Shown here: piece by piece, positions 44,739-54,881 of the stretch
Layout: every line of letters begins with the position of its first letter
Position numbering within the stretch: the first letter of the stretch is position 1
NCBI GenBank assembly: GCA_045125935.1
Contig: JBGVNW010000041.1
Location: 66,199-130,198 of the forward strand
Direction: 5' to 3'
Origin: Bacilli bacterium
GTDB taxonomy: Bacteria; Bacillota_I; Bacilli_A; RF39; UBA660
Length of the DNA: 64,000 nt
Translations under genes and position numbers: made by a program
The notes under the pieces: generated by a model
Told to the model about the DNA's origin: nothing
The model's database searches: none
The model's input: the letters and a program-made list of their open reading frames with translations, nothing else

Positions 44739-46553
44739 GTGTTTATGAGGGGGAATAAAAAAGTGAGTTTAGAAGTAAATGAAAATAATCAAAGTAATGA
44801 TGAAAGTAATTTGAGAAGACCAAGTAAAGTCTTTACAAGAACAATTGCTGGAGTCTTAACAACAGTAGCTCTATATTATTATGGTATGGGACTAAATACA
44901 AATAGTGATAATGCTTCATCTAATGATGCAAATATAATTCAGGATTATGATCAAGACTACTTAAATACTGAAGTAGAAATCCCTCCCTTTTACAAGGAAC
45001 AAATTGCTCAAATATGTGGTAAATTGTCATCACAAAAGATTACAATTGCGGATTTGTTAAGAATAGATAAATTTACAGGTTCACTAACTGCTGAAGCATC
45101 TCTAGACTTTTTAAACTATTGTGAAAATATAGAACAATTATCATTATATGTAGAGTCATTAAGTACAAGTAATATAAAATCATTAAAAGGCTTTAAATTT
45201 TTAAAAGAAATAAGTTTAGTCGCAACAATAGATTACATTCCCAAAGAAGAAAGATTTGTAATTCCAACTGTAAATAGTATCGATTTTGCTTTTTTAAGAA
45301 ACTGTCCTAATTTAGAAAGTCTAACTATAAGTGGAATGGGAATTGAACCAGGAGTAGTTGAAGGGCTAACTACGTTAAAGACTCTTTCGATAGATACTGA
45401 TGAAAATTATGATATAGATTTTTCAAAATTAACTTTTTTAGATGAATTAGAATTTTTCCTAGAAAAGCCATATACCCTAGCAAAAGACTTTACTCTAGAA
45501 GAATACAAAACATTAATAGATAATGATGTAAATGTAGTATTTGCCGAAGAAGAATATTTAGAAATGTTCTTAAAAATAAACAAAAAATTAGCTACCATAG
45601 TAGATAGTTTGAATTTAACTCCTGAAAGTACTGATCAAGAAAAATTAGATGCAATTCTTATATATACTCTGGATAATTTAAAATATGATCCTGATATTTC
45701 TAAAATGATTAAAAATAATGAAAATCTTGCGGGAAAATCAAGTCAATTTTATCAAGAGGGAGTATTATATGGCGCCTTAGAAATGGATACTGTAATTTGT
45801 GGTAACTATGCGGCATTAGTCGATGCCCTAGCTTCTAGAGTTGGTCTAAAATCATATTATGCTAAAAGTACAAACCACGCCTGGAATATTGCGGAGGTAG
45901 AAGGTAAATTATATTATGTTGATTCTACAATGCTAGATATTTCGGATTTTAGAATAGTCGGAGAAAGTGAATGGCGTGGTGAGATGGTGCCAGCATGGGC
46001 ATTTTATCCAGCAGCAGAAGCAATCGCCGAAGGTAATACAGAGTATTTAGAATGGTATATGGAAGATCCTATGAAGTATGGCGAAGCTGATGAAAGTATT
46101 ACACATGACGCAGTTAATATTCCAACATATATAAATATAAGACTAAGACCTGTTAAAGAAGATGAAAAAAATAATATTGATTTAGAAAGTTGTAAAACAG
46201 ATACTGATACTACTATAAGTTCAAGAAAAATTAAATTAGATGGTAAAAATTTTGAAGTAACTATTGGAGATAGAACATGGATTATTAATGCTGGTGCTAC
46301 AATTGGTATAATGACAGCTTTAGGTGGAGCAATAGCTTTAAGTATTGATGATAAAAGAAGAGAAAAAAACAGCGTAGAGCAATCAAATTATGTAGAAGAA
46401 AAATTCGTAATTGCAGAAGAAGATTGTGAAAGTATTATTAATGTAGATGATAGTTTACAAACTAGTTCATATGATTTACAAGGTGAAGTAAAAAGCATAC
46501 TAGATGATACTACATCAAATGCCTCAAGTAATAAAGTTTATAGAAAACACTAA
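44739..46553 (+). CDS. LRR-like + transglutaminase-like cysteine-protease-fold protein with TM segments
   Basis: CGNYAALVDAL...HAWN...YVDST (Cys-His-Asp core). Leu-rich repeats in the N-terminal half. C-terminal TM IGIMTALGGAIAL. The start may be GTG 44763 behind GAGGGGGA. Confidence 0.6.
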   Translation: MFMRGNKKVSLEVNENNQSNDESNLRRPSKVFTRTIAGVLTTVALYYYGMGLNTNSDNASSNDANIIQDYDQDYLNTEVEIPPFYKEQIAQICGKLSSQKITIADLLRIDKFTGSLTAEASLDFLNYCENIEQLSLYVESLSTSNIKSLKGFKFLKEISLVATIDYIPKEERFVIPTVNSIDFAFLRNCPNLESLTISGMGIEPGVVEGLTTLKTLSIDTDENYDIDFSKLTFLDELEFFLEKPYTLAKDFTLEEYKTLIDNDVNVVFAEEEYLEMFLKINKKLATIVDSLNLTPESTDQEKLDAILIYTLDNLKYDPDISKMIKNNENLAGKSSQFYQEGVLYGALEMDTVICGNYAALVDALASRVGLKSYYAKSTNHAWNIAEVEGKLYYVDSTMLDISDFRIVGESEWRGEMVPAWAFYPAAEAIAEGNTEYLEWYMEDPMKYGEADESITHDAVNIPTYINIRLRPVKEDEKNNIDLESCKTDTDTTISSRKIKLDGKNFEVTIGDRTWIINAGATIGIMTALGGAIALSIDDKRREKNSVEQSNYVEEKFVIAEEDCESIINVDDSLQTSSYDLQGEVKSILDDTTSNASSNKVYRKH

Positions 46554-46631
46554 TATCAAAATACTTTACTACTATTTTAAAAAATGATATATACTGATAG
46601 TACGAAATGACTACATATCGAAATATTTTCC

Positions 46632-46706
46632 TTGTAAAATAAAAAAAGTATGTTATAATATTAGCAGAAAGGAGTGGGACAGAAAAAATCCCACTCTTAT
46701 TATTTC
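46632..46706 (+). promoter_or_regulatory. promoter plus leader terminator hairpin of the rimP-nusA-infB operon
   Basis: TTGTAA-16 nt-TGTTATAAT (-10 at 46654-46659). Hairpin GAGTGGGA(46672)...TCCCACTC(46696) followed by TTATTATTT, directly before SD TAGGAGG. Confidence 0.55.
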
Positions 46707-46718
46707 TAGGAGGTGCTT

Positions 46719-46967
46719 ATGAAAGAGACAGTTGCAAATCTTGTAAATGAAGAAATAAAAGAATTAAATGTCTTTGTAGATGATGCTTTTATTTCAGAAG
46801 AAGAAGGAAAGAAATTATTTAATATTGTTCTTGATAGTGAAGAGGTAATTGATTTAAACAAAATTACTGATGCTTCTAGAATAATAAACAAAATTATGGA
46901 TGAACATGAAGAAGTATTAGGGGACATTGATGAACTTGATATTTATTCAAAAACGAAAGGAGAATAA
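46719..46967 (+). CDS. rimP: short RimP-like protein (N-terminal domain only)
   Basis: Position immediately upstream of nusA. About 82 aa against the usual ~150 aa. Weak sequence evidence. Confidence 0.45.
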   Translation: MKETVANLVNEEIKELNVFVDDAFISEEEGKKLFNIVLDSEEVIDLNKITDASRIINKIMDEHEEVLGDIDELDIYSKTKGE

Positions 46968-46969
46968 AA

Positions 46970-48157
46970 ATGAACGGGAAAGAGTTTAAAAAAGCACTTG
47001 ATAACATCGTAAAAGAGAAAAACATTGATCCAGAAGTAGTTTATGATGCGATGGAATTAGCTTTAACATCTGCTTATAAAAAGAATTTTAATTCTAAAAC
47101 TAATGTTAAAGTATTATTTGATCGAGTAACTGGTGAAATTAAAGTATATTCATTTTTAACAGTTGTACCTGATGATAAGATGACTAAAGAAGAATATGAA
47201 GATTACTTATTTGAAAGTTACGCTGATGACGATGAAGAAGATGACGAAGAGGAAACTACTGAAGAAGGTGAAGAAGGAAGCGAACCAGAGGTTCCATCAT
47301 TCTTTAATCCTGAAACAGAAATTAAGCTTACTGATGCTAAGAAAATTGATAAGATGCTAGAAGTTGGGGATACTATTGATAATGAAGTAACTCCAAAAGA
47401 CTTTGGTCGTGTTGCTGCATCAACTGCTAAGCAAGTAGTTGTTCAAAAGATTAGAGAAGCTGAAAGAAATAGCATCGTTGAAGAATTTGGAGATAAACAA
47501 GATGAAATGCTAGTTGGTACAGTAGCTTTAGAAGATACTGATAACTACTTCATTGATTTAGGTAGAACAAATGGTATTTTACCTAAAAAAGATATTATTC
47601 CAGGTGAAAAAATTGAAATGGGTTCTCAAATAAGAGTATATGTTTCAAAAGTTGACAATACTGGAAAGAACTTATTAGTATTATTAAGTAGAAGTCACTA
47701 TGGTTTTGTAAAGAGATTATTTGAACTTGAAATTCCAGAAATTAATGATGGAACAGTAATTCTATATAGTGTAGCAAGAGAACCAGGAAACAGAAGTAAA
47801 GTTGCTGTATACTCAGAAAAGCCAAATGTAGATCCTATTGGAGCATGTATTGGTGAAAAGGGTAGTCGTATTGCTCGTATTATTAGTGAGTTACATGGTG
47901 AAAAACTAGATGTAGTTAAATATGATAAAGATCCAGCAGTATTTATTGAAAATGCCCTATCACCTGCTAAAGACTTAACAGTAGCAATTACTGATCCAAA
48001 AAAACAAGAAGCAATGGTTATTGCCGATGGAGAAAACTTCTCATTAGCAATTGGTAAAAAGGGTCAAAATGCTAAGTTAGCAAGTAAATTAACTCATTAT
48101 AAAATTGATATTAAAACAACAGAACAAGCTCGTGAGGCTGGAATTAACTTTAGATAA
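46970..48157 (+). CDS. nusA: transcription termination/antitermination factor NusA
   Basis: NTD (DPEVVYDAMELALTSAYKK) with an acidic insert, S1 (MLVGTVALEDTDNYFIDLG), KH1/KH2 (GACIGEKGSRIARI, AIGKKGQNAKLAS). Confidence 0.95.
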   Translation: MNGKEFKKALDNIVKEKNIDPEVVYDAMELALTSAYKKNFNSKTNVKVLFDRVTGEIKVYSFLTVVPDDKMTKEEYEDYLFESYADDDEEDDEEETTEEGEEGSEPEVPSFFNPETEIKLTDAKKIDKMLEVGDTIDNEVTPKDFGRVAASTAKQVVVQKIREAERNSIVEEFGDKQDEMLVGTVALEDTDNYFIDLGRTNGILPKKDIIPGEKIEMGSQIRVYVSKVDNTGKNLLVLLSRSHYGFVKRLFELEIPEINDGTVILYSVAREPGNRSKVAVYSEKPNVDPIGACIGEKGSRIARIISELHGEKLDVVKYDKDPAVFIENALSPAKDLTVAITDPKKQEAMVIADGENFSLAIGKKGQNAKLASKLTHYKIDIKTTEQAREAGINFR

Positions 48158-48162
48158 GGAGT

Positions 48163-48432
48163 ATGCTTATGAAAGTAAAAAAGATTCCTTTAAGAACTTG
48201 TGTTATAACAAAAGAACAACTTCCTAAACAAGAACTACTACGTATAGTTAGAACTCCAGAAGGAGCTGTCGTAGCAGATGAAACTGGAAAGTTAAATGGT
48301 CGAGGAGCATATATTAAAAAAGATATCACTGTTCTTGAAAAAGCAATCAAAGGAAAAGTTTTAGAAAAACGTTTGGAATGTGAAATAGAGGATAGTGTTT
48401 ATGAGAAAATAAGAAAAATTATAGAAAAGTGA
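48163..48432 (+). CDS. ylxR: YlxR/RnpM (DUF448) RNA-binding protein
   Basis: PLRTCVITKEQLPKQELLRIV...GRGAYI. Confidence 0.85.
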   Translation: MLMKVKKIPLRTCVITKEQLPKQELLRIVRTPEGAVVADETGKLNGRGAYIKKDITVLEKAIKGKVLEKRLECEIEDSVYEKIRKIIEK

Positions 48433-48443
48433 GGTGAGTCTTT

Positions 48444-50579
48444 ATGATGACTATAGAAGATTACGCATTAGATGTAGGAAAAACTATAGATGAGATTAAA
48501 GCATTATGTGATAAAATCGGTATCAAATATGAAGATGAAAATTCAACCTTAAATGAAACTGATATTATTTTACTAGATAATGAATTACAAGACGCAGAAG
48601 ACTATATCACTGGCGATATAGATTTTGAAGAATTACATGATGAAGAAGACATTGATGATAAAGTTGAAATGTTAGCAATGAATACTAAGTTTGACTTGGA
48701 TAATGAAAAAACATTTGAAAAGGTTAAACCTAATAAAGTTGCAAAAAAGACTGAAAATAAAAAAGACTTCTTAAAAGAAAGAAAGAAAATGTATAAAAAC
48801 CGTGAAAAATTACAAAGTAACGAGGCTGAACAAGATAAAAATACGGTTCTTTATACTCAAGGTATGACAGTAACTGATTTAGCTAATTTACTTGAAGTGG
48901 CACCAGTTGAAGTTGTTAAGAAATTAATGAGTTTAGGTGTTATGGCAGGAATCAATCAATCAATTGATTATGACAGTGCTGAAGTTGTTGTCTCTGAATA
49001 TGATAAAGTATTAAAAAAGGCTGAAACAGCAGATATTTCTAATTTTGAAAATTTCGAAATTGATGATAGAGAAGAGGACTTAGTTGAACGTCCCCCAGTA
49101 GTAACTATTATGGGACATGTAGATCATGGTAAAACAACTCTACTTGACTCAATTAGAAAGAGTAATGTTGCTAGTGGCGAAGCTGGAGGAATCACTCAAG
49201 CTATTGGAGCTTACTCAGTTAAGTGCAATGGTAAGACAATTACATTTATCGATACACCAGGACATGCAGCATTTACTGAAATGCGTGCTAGAGGAGCATC
49301 AATTACAGATATAGTAATTATTATTGTTGCGGCAGATGATGGTGTAATGCCTCAAACTAAAGAAGCAATTGATCATGCTAAAGCTGCTGGAGTACCAATA
49401 ATTGTTGCTATTAATAAGATTGATAAGCCAGAAGCAAATATTGAAAGAATTATGACTGCCTTAGTAGAAAATGGTCTAACTCCAGAAGAATGGGGTGGAG
49501 ACACTATTGTTAATAAGATTTCTGCTAAAGCTGGAACAGGTATTGATGAATTATTAGAAAATATTTTATTAGTAGCTGAAATGGAAAACTACAAAGCTAA
49601 TCCATCTCGTTATGCAACAGGAGCAGTAATTGAATCTAAGAAAGATAATAAAGTTGGTTCAGTTGTAACTCTATTAATTCAAAATGGTACACTTCGTTTA
49701 GGAGATCCAATTGTTATTGGTACTTCATTCGGAAAAGTTCGTACTCTAAAGAATGATTTAGGTCAAAATATTGTTGAAGCTAAACCATCTACTCCAGTAG
49801 AAGTAACTGGTATTTCAGAAGTACCAAGTGCTGGAGATAAATTCATGGCATTTGAGTCTGAAAAACAAGCTAAACAAATTGCTGAAGAAAGACGTCTTCG
49901 TTCTAAAGAACAAGATAGTAACTTTAGTGGTATGAGTTTAGAAGATTTATTTGGTAGAATTCAAACTGGTGTAAAAGAAATTAATGTTGTTTTAAAAGCA
50001 GATGTAAATGGAAGTTTAGAGGCTGTTAAAAATTCCTTAGAAAAAATCGATGTTGAAGGTGTAAAGGTAAATGTTATTCGTGGTGCAGTAGGTGCAATTA
50101 CTGAAAGTGATGTTGTTTTAGCTAGAGCTTCAAATGCACTAATTATTGGTTTCAATGTTCGTGGAAATGGTAAAACAATGGATACTGCTAAACAATATGG
50201 AATTTCTATTAAAACATATGATATTATCTACAAAGTAGTAGAAGATATGGAAGCTGCTATGAAAGGTATGTTAGATCCAGAATATGAAGAAAAAGTAACT
50301 GGTACACTAGAAATAAGACAAATCTTTAAATTTTCAAAAATTGGTTTAATTGCTGGATGTCACGTAACTAGTGGAGTAATTAAACATAATCAAAAAGCGC
50401 GTATTATTAGAGATGATGTTGTAGTATATAATGGTGCAATAAAAACTCTTCAACACGAAAAAGATCAAGTAAAAGAAGTTAAGAAAGACATGGATTGCGG
50501 AATTACTTTAGAAAATTGTCAAGATTACAAAGAAAGAGATATTATTGAAGTCTATGATCTTGTAGAAATAAAACGTTAA
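48444..50579 (+). CDS. infB: translation initiation factor IF-2
   Basis: [25 protein letters not shown]. 711 aa. Confidence 0.95.
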   Translation: MMTIEDYALDVGKTIDEIKALCDKIGIKYEDENSTLNETDIILLDNELQDAEDYITGDIDFEELHDEEDIDDKVEMLAMNTKFDLDNEKTFEKVKPNKVAKKTENKKDFLKERKKMYKNREKLQSNEAEQDKNTVLYTQGMTVTDLANLLEVAPVEVVKKLMSLGVMAGINQSIDYDSAEVVVSEYDKVLKKAETADISNFENFEIDDREEDLVERPPVVTIMGHVDHGKTTLLDSIRKSNVASGEAGGITQAIGAYSVKCNGKTITFIDTPGHAAFTEMRARGASITDIVIIIVAADDGVMPQTKEAIDHAKAAGVPIIVAINKIDKPEANIERIMTALVENGLTPEEWGGDTIVNKISAKAGTGIDELLENILLVAEMENYKANPSRYATGAVIESKKDNKVGSVVTLLIQNGTLRLGDPIVIGTSFGKVRTLKNDLGQNIVEAKPSTPVEVTGISEVPSAGDKFMAFESEKQAKQIAEERRLRSKEQDSNFSGMSLEDLFGRIQTGVKEINVVLKADVNGSLEAVKNSLEKIDVEGVKVNVIRGAVGAITESDVVLARASNALIIGFNVRGNGKTMDTAKQYGISIKTYDIIYKVVEDMEAAMKGMLDPEYEEKVTGTLEIRQIFKFSKIGLIAGCHVTSGVIKHNQKARIIRDDVVVYNGAIKTLQHEKDQVKEVKKDMDCGITLENCQDYKERDIIEVYDLVEIKR

Positions 50580-50593
50580 TCTAAAAAAGTAGT

Positions 50594-50983
50594 ATGGAAA
50601 CAAAAATAAATAAAGATAATAGAACTATTCTAAGTAGTGAATTATTAAATGAAAATACATTACTAGTTGTAAGTAAAAATGATGATCAAAATCCAATGGT
50701 CTCAGTTTGTTATATGGAAAAAGATAGATTAAAAGAAGATTTAATTACGTCTTTAGATGAAAGAACCTCAATAGAACAAAATGATCGAATGGTTGCAGTA
50801 TTTAAAGAAGTGACTTGTCTTGGAATTCCACGACCTATGATATCTAAAATTTATGATTTAAGATATCATAAATTTGTAGGAGAGGATATGTTAAATACAG
50901 TATACAAAATAAGAACTAAGGATGATCCAAAAATAAAACAACTAGTAAATGAAGGAGGTCTCCTAACATGGCAAACAATGTAA
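50594..50983 (+). CDS. hypothetical protein between infB and rbfA
   Basis: 129-aa ORF that overlaps the rbfA start by 16 nt. No motif recognised. Confidence 0.45.
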   Translation: METKINKDNRTILSSELLNENTLLVVSKNDDQNPMVSVCYMEKDRLKEDLITSLDERTSIEQNDRMVAVFKEVTCLGIPRPMISKIYDLRYHKFVGEDMLNTVYKIRTKDDPKIKQLVNEGGLLTWQTM

Positions 50984-51312
50984 AAATTGAAAGACTAAAT
51001 CATGCATTTCAAGAAGAAATAAGTATGATTCTAATGACTGAAATAAAAGATGAAGATATTAAGTTTGTAACTATTACAGATGTAGATACAACTAATGATT
51101 TAAGTTATGCCAAAGTTTACTTTACTGTTCTAGATGATAGTAAAAGACAAACTACTTTAGATGCCCTAAATAATGCAGCATCGTTCATTCGCGGAGAACT
51201 ATCAAAAAGAGTAGAAGTAAGACATACACCAGAATTAAAATTCATCTTTGATACATCTATTGATTATGGAAAACATATTGAAGATATAATTGAAGATATA
51301 AATAATAAGTAA
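50968..51312 (+). CDS. rbfA: ribosome-binding factor A
   Basis: RLNHAFQEEISMIL..., FVTITDVDTTNDLSYAKVYF, RHTPELKFIFD. Confidence 0.9.
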   Translation: MANNVKIERLNHAFQEEISMILMTEIKDEDIKFVTITDVDTTNDLSYAKVYFTVLDDSKRQTTLDALNNAASFIRGELSKRVEVRHTPELKFIFDTSIDYGKHIEDIIEDINNK

Positions 51313-51315
51313 TAA

Positions 51316-51356
51316 AGAAAGGTAAATATGCAAATATTTATCTTTTTCTTTTTTAG
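51316..51356 (+). terminator. intrinsic terminator of the nusA-infB-rbfA operon
   Basis: AGAAAGGTAAATAT-GCAA-ATATTTATCTTTTT hairpin followed by a T-run. Confidence 0.75.
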
Positions 51357-51403
51357 ACTTCTCTAAATAATTATTTTATGTTAAAATAAATTTAGAATAG
51401 AGG

Positions 51404-51982
51404 GTGTTTCTTATGACTAAAAAAGTAAAAAAATTATATGATGATAGTTGGATGTATATTTTACTACTTACAACATTAACTATATTGCTATATTCTCTAA
51501 GTAGTTACAAATTTAGTATAGCTGGAGTCCAATTGTCGTATTCTCTAATCGGACTACCACTAACTTATTTTATAACAAACTACATAACTAAAAAATATAA
51601 CTATACTAGGTCAGTAGTAGCTATTTCTGCATCAGCAGTATCAATGATCTTATTTATAGTTATTATGAATTTTGCTCTAGGTAAAACAACAGACTTATCT
51701 AGTGTGACAGGTCACTTTTGTGGTTATGTAGTAAGTCAATTTGTAAATCTTACAATTTACTATTTTCTACTACAAAATACTAAGTCACCATTACCATTAG
51801 TATTCTTAACATATGTATTTTCATTAATTGTATTTTATATGTTTTATACATTAATTTATCTAAATATGATGGTAGGAGATAATTATTGGAAAGGCTATTT
51901 TATATCTCTAACAATTCAAGCAGTAATTTGCTTAGTTCTAGCAATAATTGATAATAAAGTAAAAAGAGGACGAGACGAATAA
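51404..51982 (+). CDS. polytopic membrane protein (possibly VUT/DUF165 queuosine-precursor-transporter-like)
   Basis: About 6 TM. The family call is weak and made from memory. The start is GTG 51404 or ATG 51413. Confidence 0.4.
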   Translation: MFLMTKKVKKLYDDSWMYILLLTTLTILLYSLSSYKFSIAGVQLSYSLIGLPLTYFITNYITKKYNYTRSVVAISASAVSMILFIVIMNFALGKTTDLSSVTGHFCGYVVSQFVNLTIYYFLLQNTKSPLPLVFLTYVFSLIVFYMFYTLIYLNMMVGDNYWKGYFISLTIQAVICLVLAIIDNKVKRGRDE

Positions 51983-52469
51983 ATATTAAAGGACAAATAT
52001 AAATCAAGGGTCTAGATGAACTCACTTCATTCGCCCTTGATTTTTTTTCTAAACTAGTTCTTATTTTGATGCCTCCAAAATGGAGTTCACATCACAAAAG
52101 GGTAGTTTTTAAAAATAAGTCATCATTTAATACATAATACTTGTTGTTTTAAATTTATTTATACTAAGTACAAAAGTCATATTCATCATAGGGTATGACT
52201 TTTCCTATATAATTAATTACACATGAATATATAGGTTGTTTTAAAATAAGCGGTATTTTGAAAAATAAACAAATGAGAAGAAAATATAAATTAGTTAAAA
52301 ATATAATAATGCTTAATTTTCTATCATAAAATATAGTTAGTTTAGAATAAGTGTAGCTCTTTTTTGTATGGAAAATAATCTTTATAAATTAATTAAATTA
52401 ATTTTAAGTTGAGCATTATTTACTTAACTTAAATATTATGATAAAATAAGTCACACTGGAGGAAATATA

Positions 52470-53474
52470 ATGAGCAATCTAGGAGAACAATCAGAAAGTA
52501 ATTTATTAAAAGAATTAGAAAAATTAAGAAGAAAATTTGAAAATGATTTAGTACATAGAACATTTATATATGAAGAATTAGTAGAGTATTTTCATGAATA
52601 TATGCCACATTTATTAAAATATAATCCATTAAATCTTTATACTAATCCCTTAAGTAATTTTATAAGAATTTATATGGGAAAATATGTCCCTGGATGTATT
52701 GATGAAGAGTTTAAAAAGTATGAGGATTCATTAGAGTTCAAACTGGATATGCAAGAAGTAAAAGATTTCTATAAAAGTCTAGTTGAAGACGATGCTATAC
52801 TTAGTCAAAAAGAGTTTGATGAGTTGTCAAAATTATCCATTATTGATGATGAAAATAGTTGCATATTTATAAAGTATCTATTAGGACAATTAATAGAGGG
52901 AAATAATTCAGCACAAAGTTCTGTCTCAAATATACTTATTAATTATTATTTTAGTAATTTATTAAGAGAAAATGATTTATTTTATCAAAGACCAACAAAT
53001 ATTAATACTGATATAGATACAGAATTTAAAAGTAGAATCATAAATACTTTATATCCTCTATTTTATGGTGCCTGGAGCAAGGTTCAAAGAAATGCAGAGT
53101 ATAATGATCCAAGTATCATTAGTATGATCAAAATAGATGATTATTTTAGAGATGTATATGGTGCAGAATACTATGAAGAAAATAAGGAAAGTTATAGTAG
53201 TGAAGTAGACGCTAATTTAAATGCTACTCTTTTACTAGCTGACTTTCTTCAAGAAGTAAGTCCTGTAACGTTTCATGAACACCGTGATTGGTTAAATGAA
53301 AGGGCTAAGAGATTAACTGATACTTTATATAATAGACAAAGAACTTTTAAAGATTCAAAATATGATATAGATGAAATCTTTGAACAAACACTTGCGTATA
53401 CTGGTGAAAATAAAGAGGATATAATAGGTACAAGTAATAGTAAAAAAGCTTACCAAAAAGAGATAAAAATATAA
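52470..53474 (+). CDS. hypothetical protein
   Basis: 334-aa ORF with SD TGGAGGAA after a 490-bp AT-rich spacer. No motif recognised. Confidence 0.5.
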   Translation: MSNLGEQSESNLLKELEKLRRKFENDLVHRTFIYEELVEYFHEYMPHLLKYNPLNLYTNPLSNFIRIYMGKYVPGCIDEEFKKYEDSLEFKLDMQEVKDFYKSLVEDDAILSQKEFDELSKLSIIDDENSCIFIKYLLGQLIEGNNSAQSSVSNILINYYFSNLLRENDLFYQRPTNINTDIDTEFKSRIINTLYPLFYGAWSKVQRNAEYNDPSIISMIKIDDYFRDVYGAEYYEENKESYSSEVDANLNATLLLADFLQEVSPVTFHEHRDWLNERAKRLTDTLYNRQRTFKDSKYDIDEIFEQTLAYTGENKEDIIGTSNSKKAYQKEIKI

Positions 53475-53621
53475 ACAAGGATGTAATTATCTTTGTTTTA
53501 TTTTTTGCATAATCTAAATATAAAAGGCTGTATTTACTTCTTAAAGTAATGTTGAAGCAGGTTGAACTTGAAAAAATAAAGAATTTATGGTATAATGTAG
53601 CCACTAATGAGGGGGAAGATT

Positions 53622-54503
53622 ATGAATAAGGAACTATTAGAAAAATCAAGAAAAAGAGACTTATCAGAAAGTGATTTAAGAACAAGATTAAGTGAAATAT
53701 TAAGTCATTCTATAAGAGCATATGGCTTATATGAAACATTTGGTGCCACAAGATTGGAAGATTTATTAGAAATAGATTATGAAAATCTAGTTAAAGCTGA
53801 AAAAGAAGGAAAAATACAATGGCTAAATGGAATTAAACGTGATCTTCATCTTTATGGATGTACTTTAAAAGGTGAATTTGCTCATCTTGATCTTACAGAA
53901 GAAGAAGTTTTAATCCCAATCTCTGCTCTAGAAATACCAAAAAGAGTAAAATCAATTCTAAGAAGAACTGGTTGTATTAATGTTCTAGGAGATTTATTAA
54001 CAACACCATATGAAAAGATAGTTGGATTACGCGGTATGGGTAAAAAGGCCCAAGAAGATTTAACTGTTTATCTAGATAGTTTAGGTTATCCACTACCATC
54101 ATCAGGTATTTCAATAGCCAAAAAGAAAGCTGATTTAGAAGCAAATGGAGAAATTTTAGTAGATAGTGTAATTGATTCTAGAAAAACTATGTTAGTTTTA
54201 AATAGAGCTGGAATTTATACAGTAGACGAATTACTTGAAAGAGACTTTAGAACAATACCAGGAATTGGTAAGGCATACGAACAAGAAATTATTACAAGTC
54301 TAAAAGATTATATTTCAACAGAAAAAACAGAAGAAGAAATAGAAAAAGAATCAGAACTAGCAAGTCTAACTACTGAAAGAGATAGACTTCGTCAAAGAAA
54401 TATTAAACTACGTTTAGAACAAATCGAAGTAACAGAAAAATTAAGACAAGTAGAAGCTGAAATTAGAAGTAAAAAAACAGGAGTTCAATATGGAAAAAAA
54501 TAA
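53622..54503 (+). CDS. protein with two RpoA-alpha-CTD-like helix-hairpin-helix modules and a C-terminal coiled coil
   Basis: ATG 53622 behind GAGGGGGA. LEIPKRVKSILRRTGCINVLGDLL...GLRGMGKKAQEDL and LVLNRAGIYTVDELL...IPGIGKAYEQEI. Confidence 0.55.
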   Translation: MNKELLEKSRKRDLSESDLRTRLSEILSHSIRAYGLYETFGATRLEDLLEIDYENLVKAEKEGKIQWLNGIKRDLHLYGCTLKGEFAHLDLTEEEVLIPISALEIPKRVKSILRRTGCINVLGDLLTTPYEKIVGLRGMGKKAQEDLTVYLDSLGYPLPSSGISIAKKKADLEANGEILVDSVIDSRKTMLVLNRAGIYTVDELLERDFRTIPGIGKAYEQEIITSLKDYISTEKTEEEIEKESELASLTTERDRLRQRNIKLRLEQIEVTEKLRQVEAEIRSKKTGVQYGKK

Positions 54504-54642
54504 AATAGAAGAACTAGATCAAAAAATACAAGAAGTAGAACAAGAAATAAAAGATTTAAAAAATCAAAATAAATTACTAGAACTAGATATTTTAAAGAAA
54601 GAATTAATGATACAAAAACTAGAATTAGAACAAATGAAATAA
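54490..54642 (+). CDS. possible 50-aa coiled-coil peptide
   Basis: MEKNKIEELDQKIQEVEQEIKDLKNQNKLLELDILKKELMIQKLELEQMK*. The start overlaps the upstream gene's end. Below the ORF-track size cutoff. Confidence 0.3.
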   Translation: MEKNKIEELDQKIQEVEQEIKDLKNQNKLLELDILKKELMIQKLELEQMK

Positions 54643-54668
54643 TTAATATTTAACAAATAATAAAAATA

Positions 54669-54881
54669 TGTTATAATATGCTCGTAGTAAATCAATTAGA
54701 CCATTCGCGTTTTACTACCAGATAAACAATAAGTTTAAAGGAATAATGATGAGCCTTAAGAATCTCCTCATGAATGGCAAAAAATTAACACAGTAAGGAT
54801 ATTGTGATAGTTTTTGCTGTTTATGAAAGGAGGTTCTTTTATTTGTATCACAAAATATATAAATAAAATCGAGGTAAAATT
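54669..54881 (+). promoter_or_regulatory. promoter and about 200-nt structured leader with 16-codon uORF upstream of the ABC exporter
   Basis: TGTTATAAT (-10 at 54672-54677). Hairpin GTAGTAAA...TTTACTAC. uORF 54746-54796 (MMSLKNLLMNGKKLTQ*). Hairpin TTGTGATA...TATCACAA encloses an orphan AAAGGAGG. Confidence 0.4.

Noticed and set aside
51313-51403. preQ1 riboswitch upstream of the possible queuosine-precursor-transporter-like membrane protein.
   Set aside because: The spacer is mostly the rbfA terminator plus AT-rich sequence. I could not find the preQ1-I/II conserved core (for example the CCC...UAAAAAACUA-type element).
51983-52469. 490-bp AT-rich intergenic region with two orphan hairpins (about 52000-52046 and about 52170-52203) as a possible sRNA or mobile-element scar.
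   Set aside because: The first hairpin is simply the terminator of the upstream membrane-protein gene. The second has no convincing promoter or U-tract. There is not enough signal to call a feature.
54643-54881. T-box leader, given the neighbouring thrS remnant.
   Set aside because: There is no AGGGUGGNACCGCG-type T-box sequence, no specifier-loop/GA-motif architecture, and the downstream gene is an ABC exporter.
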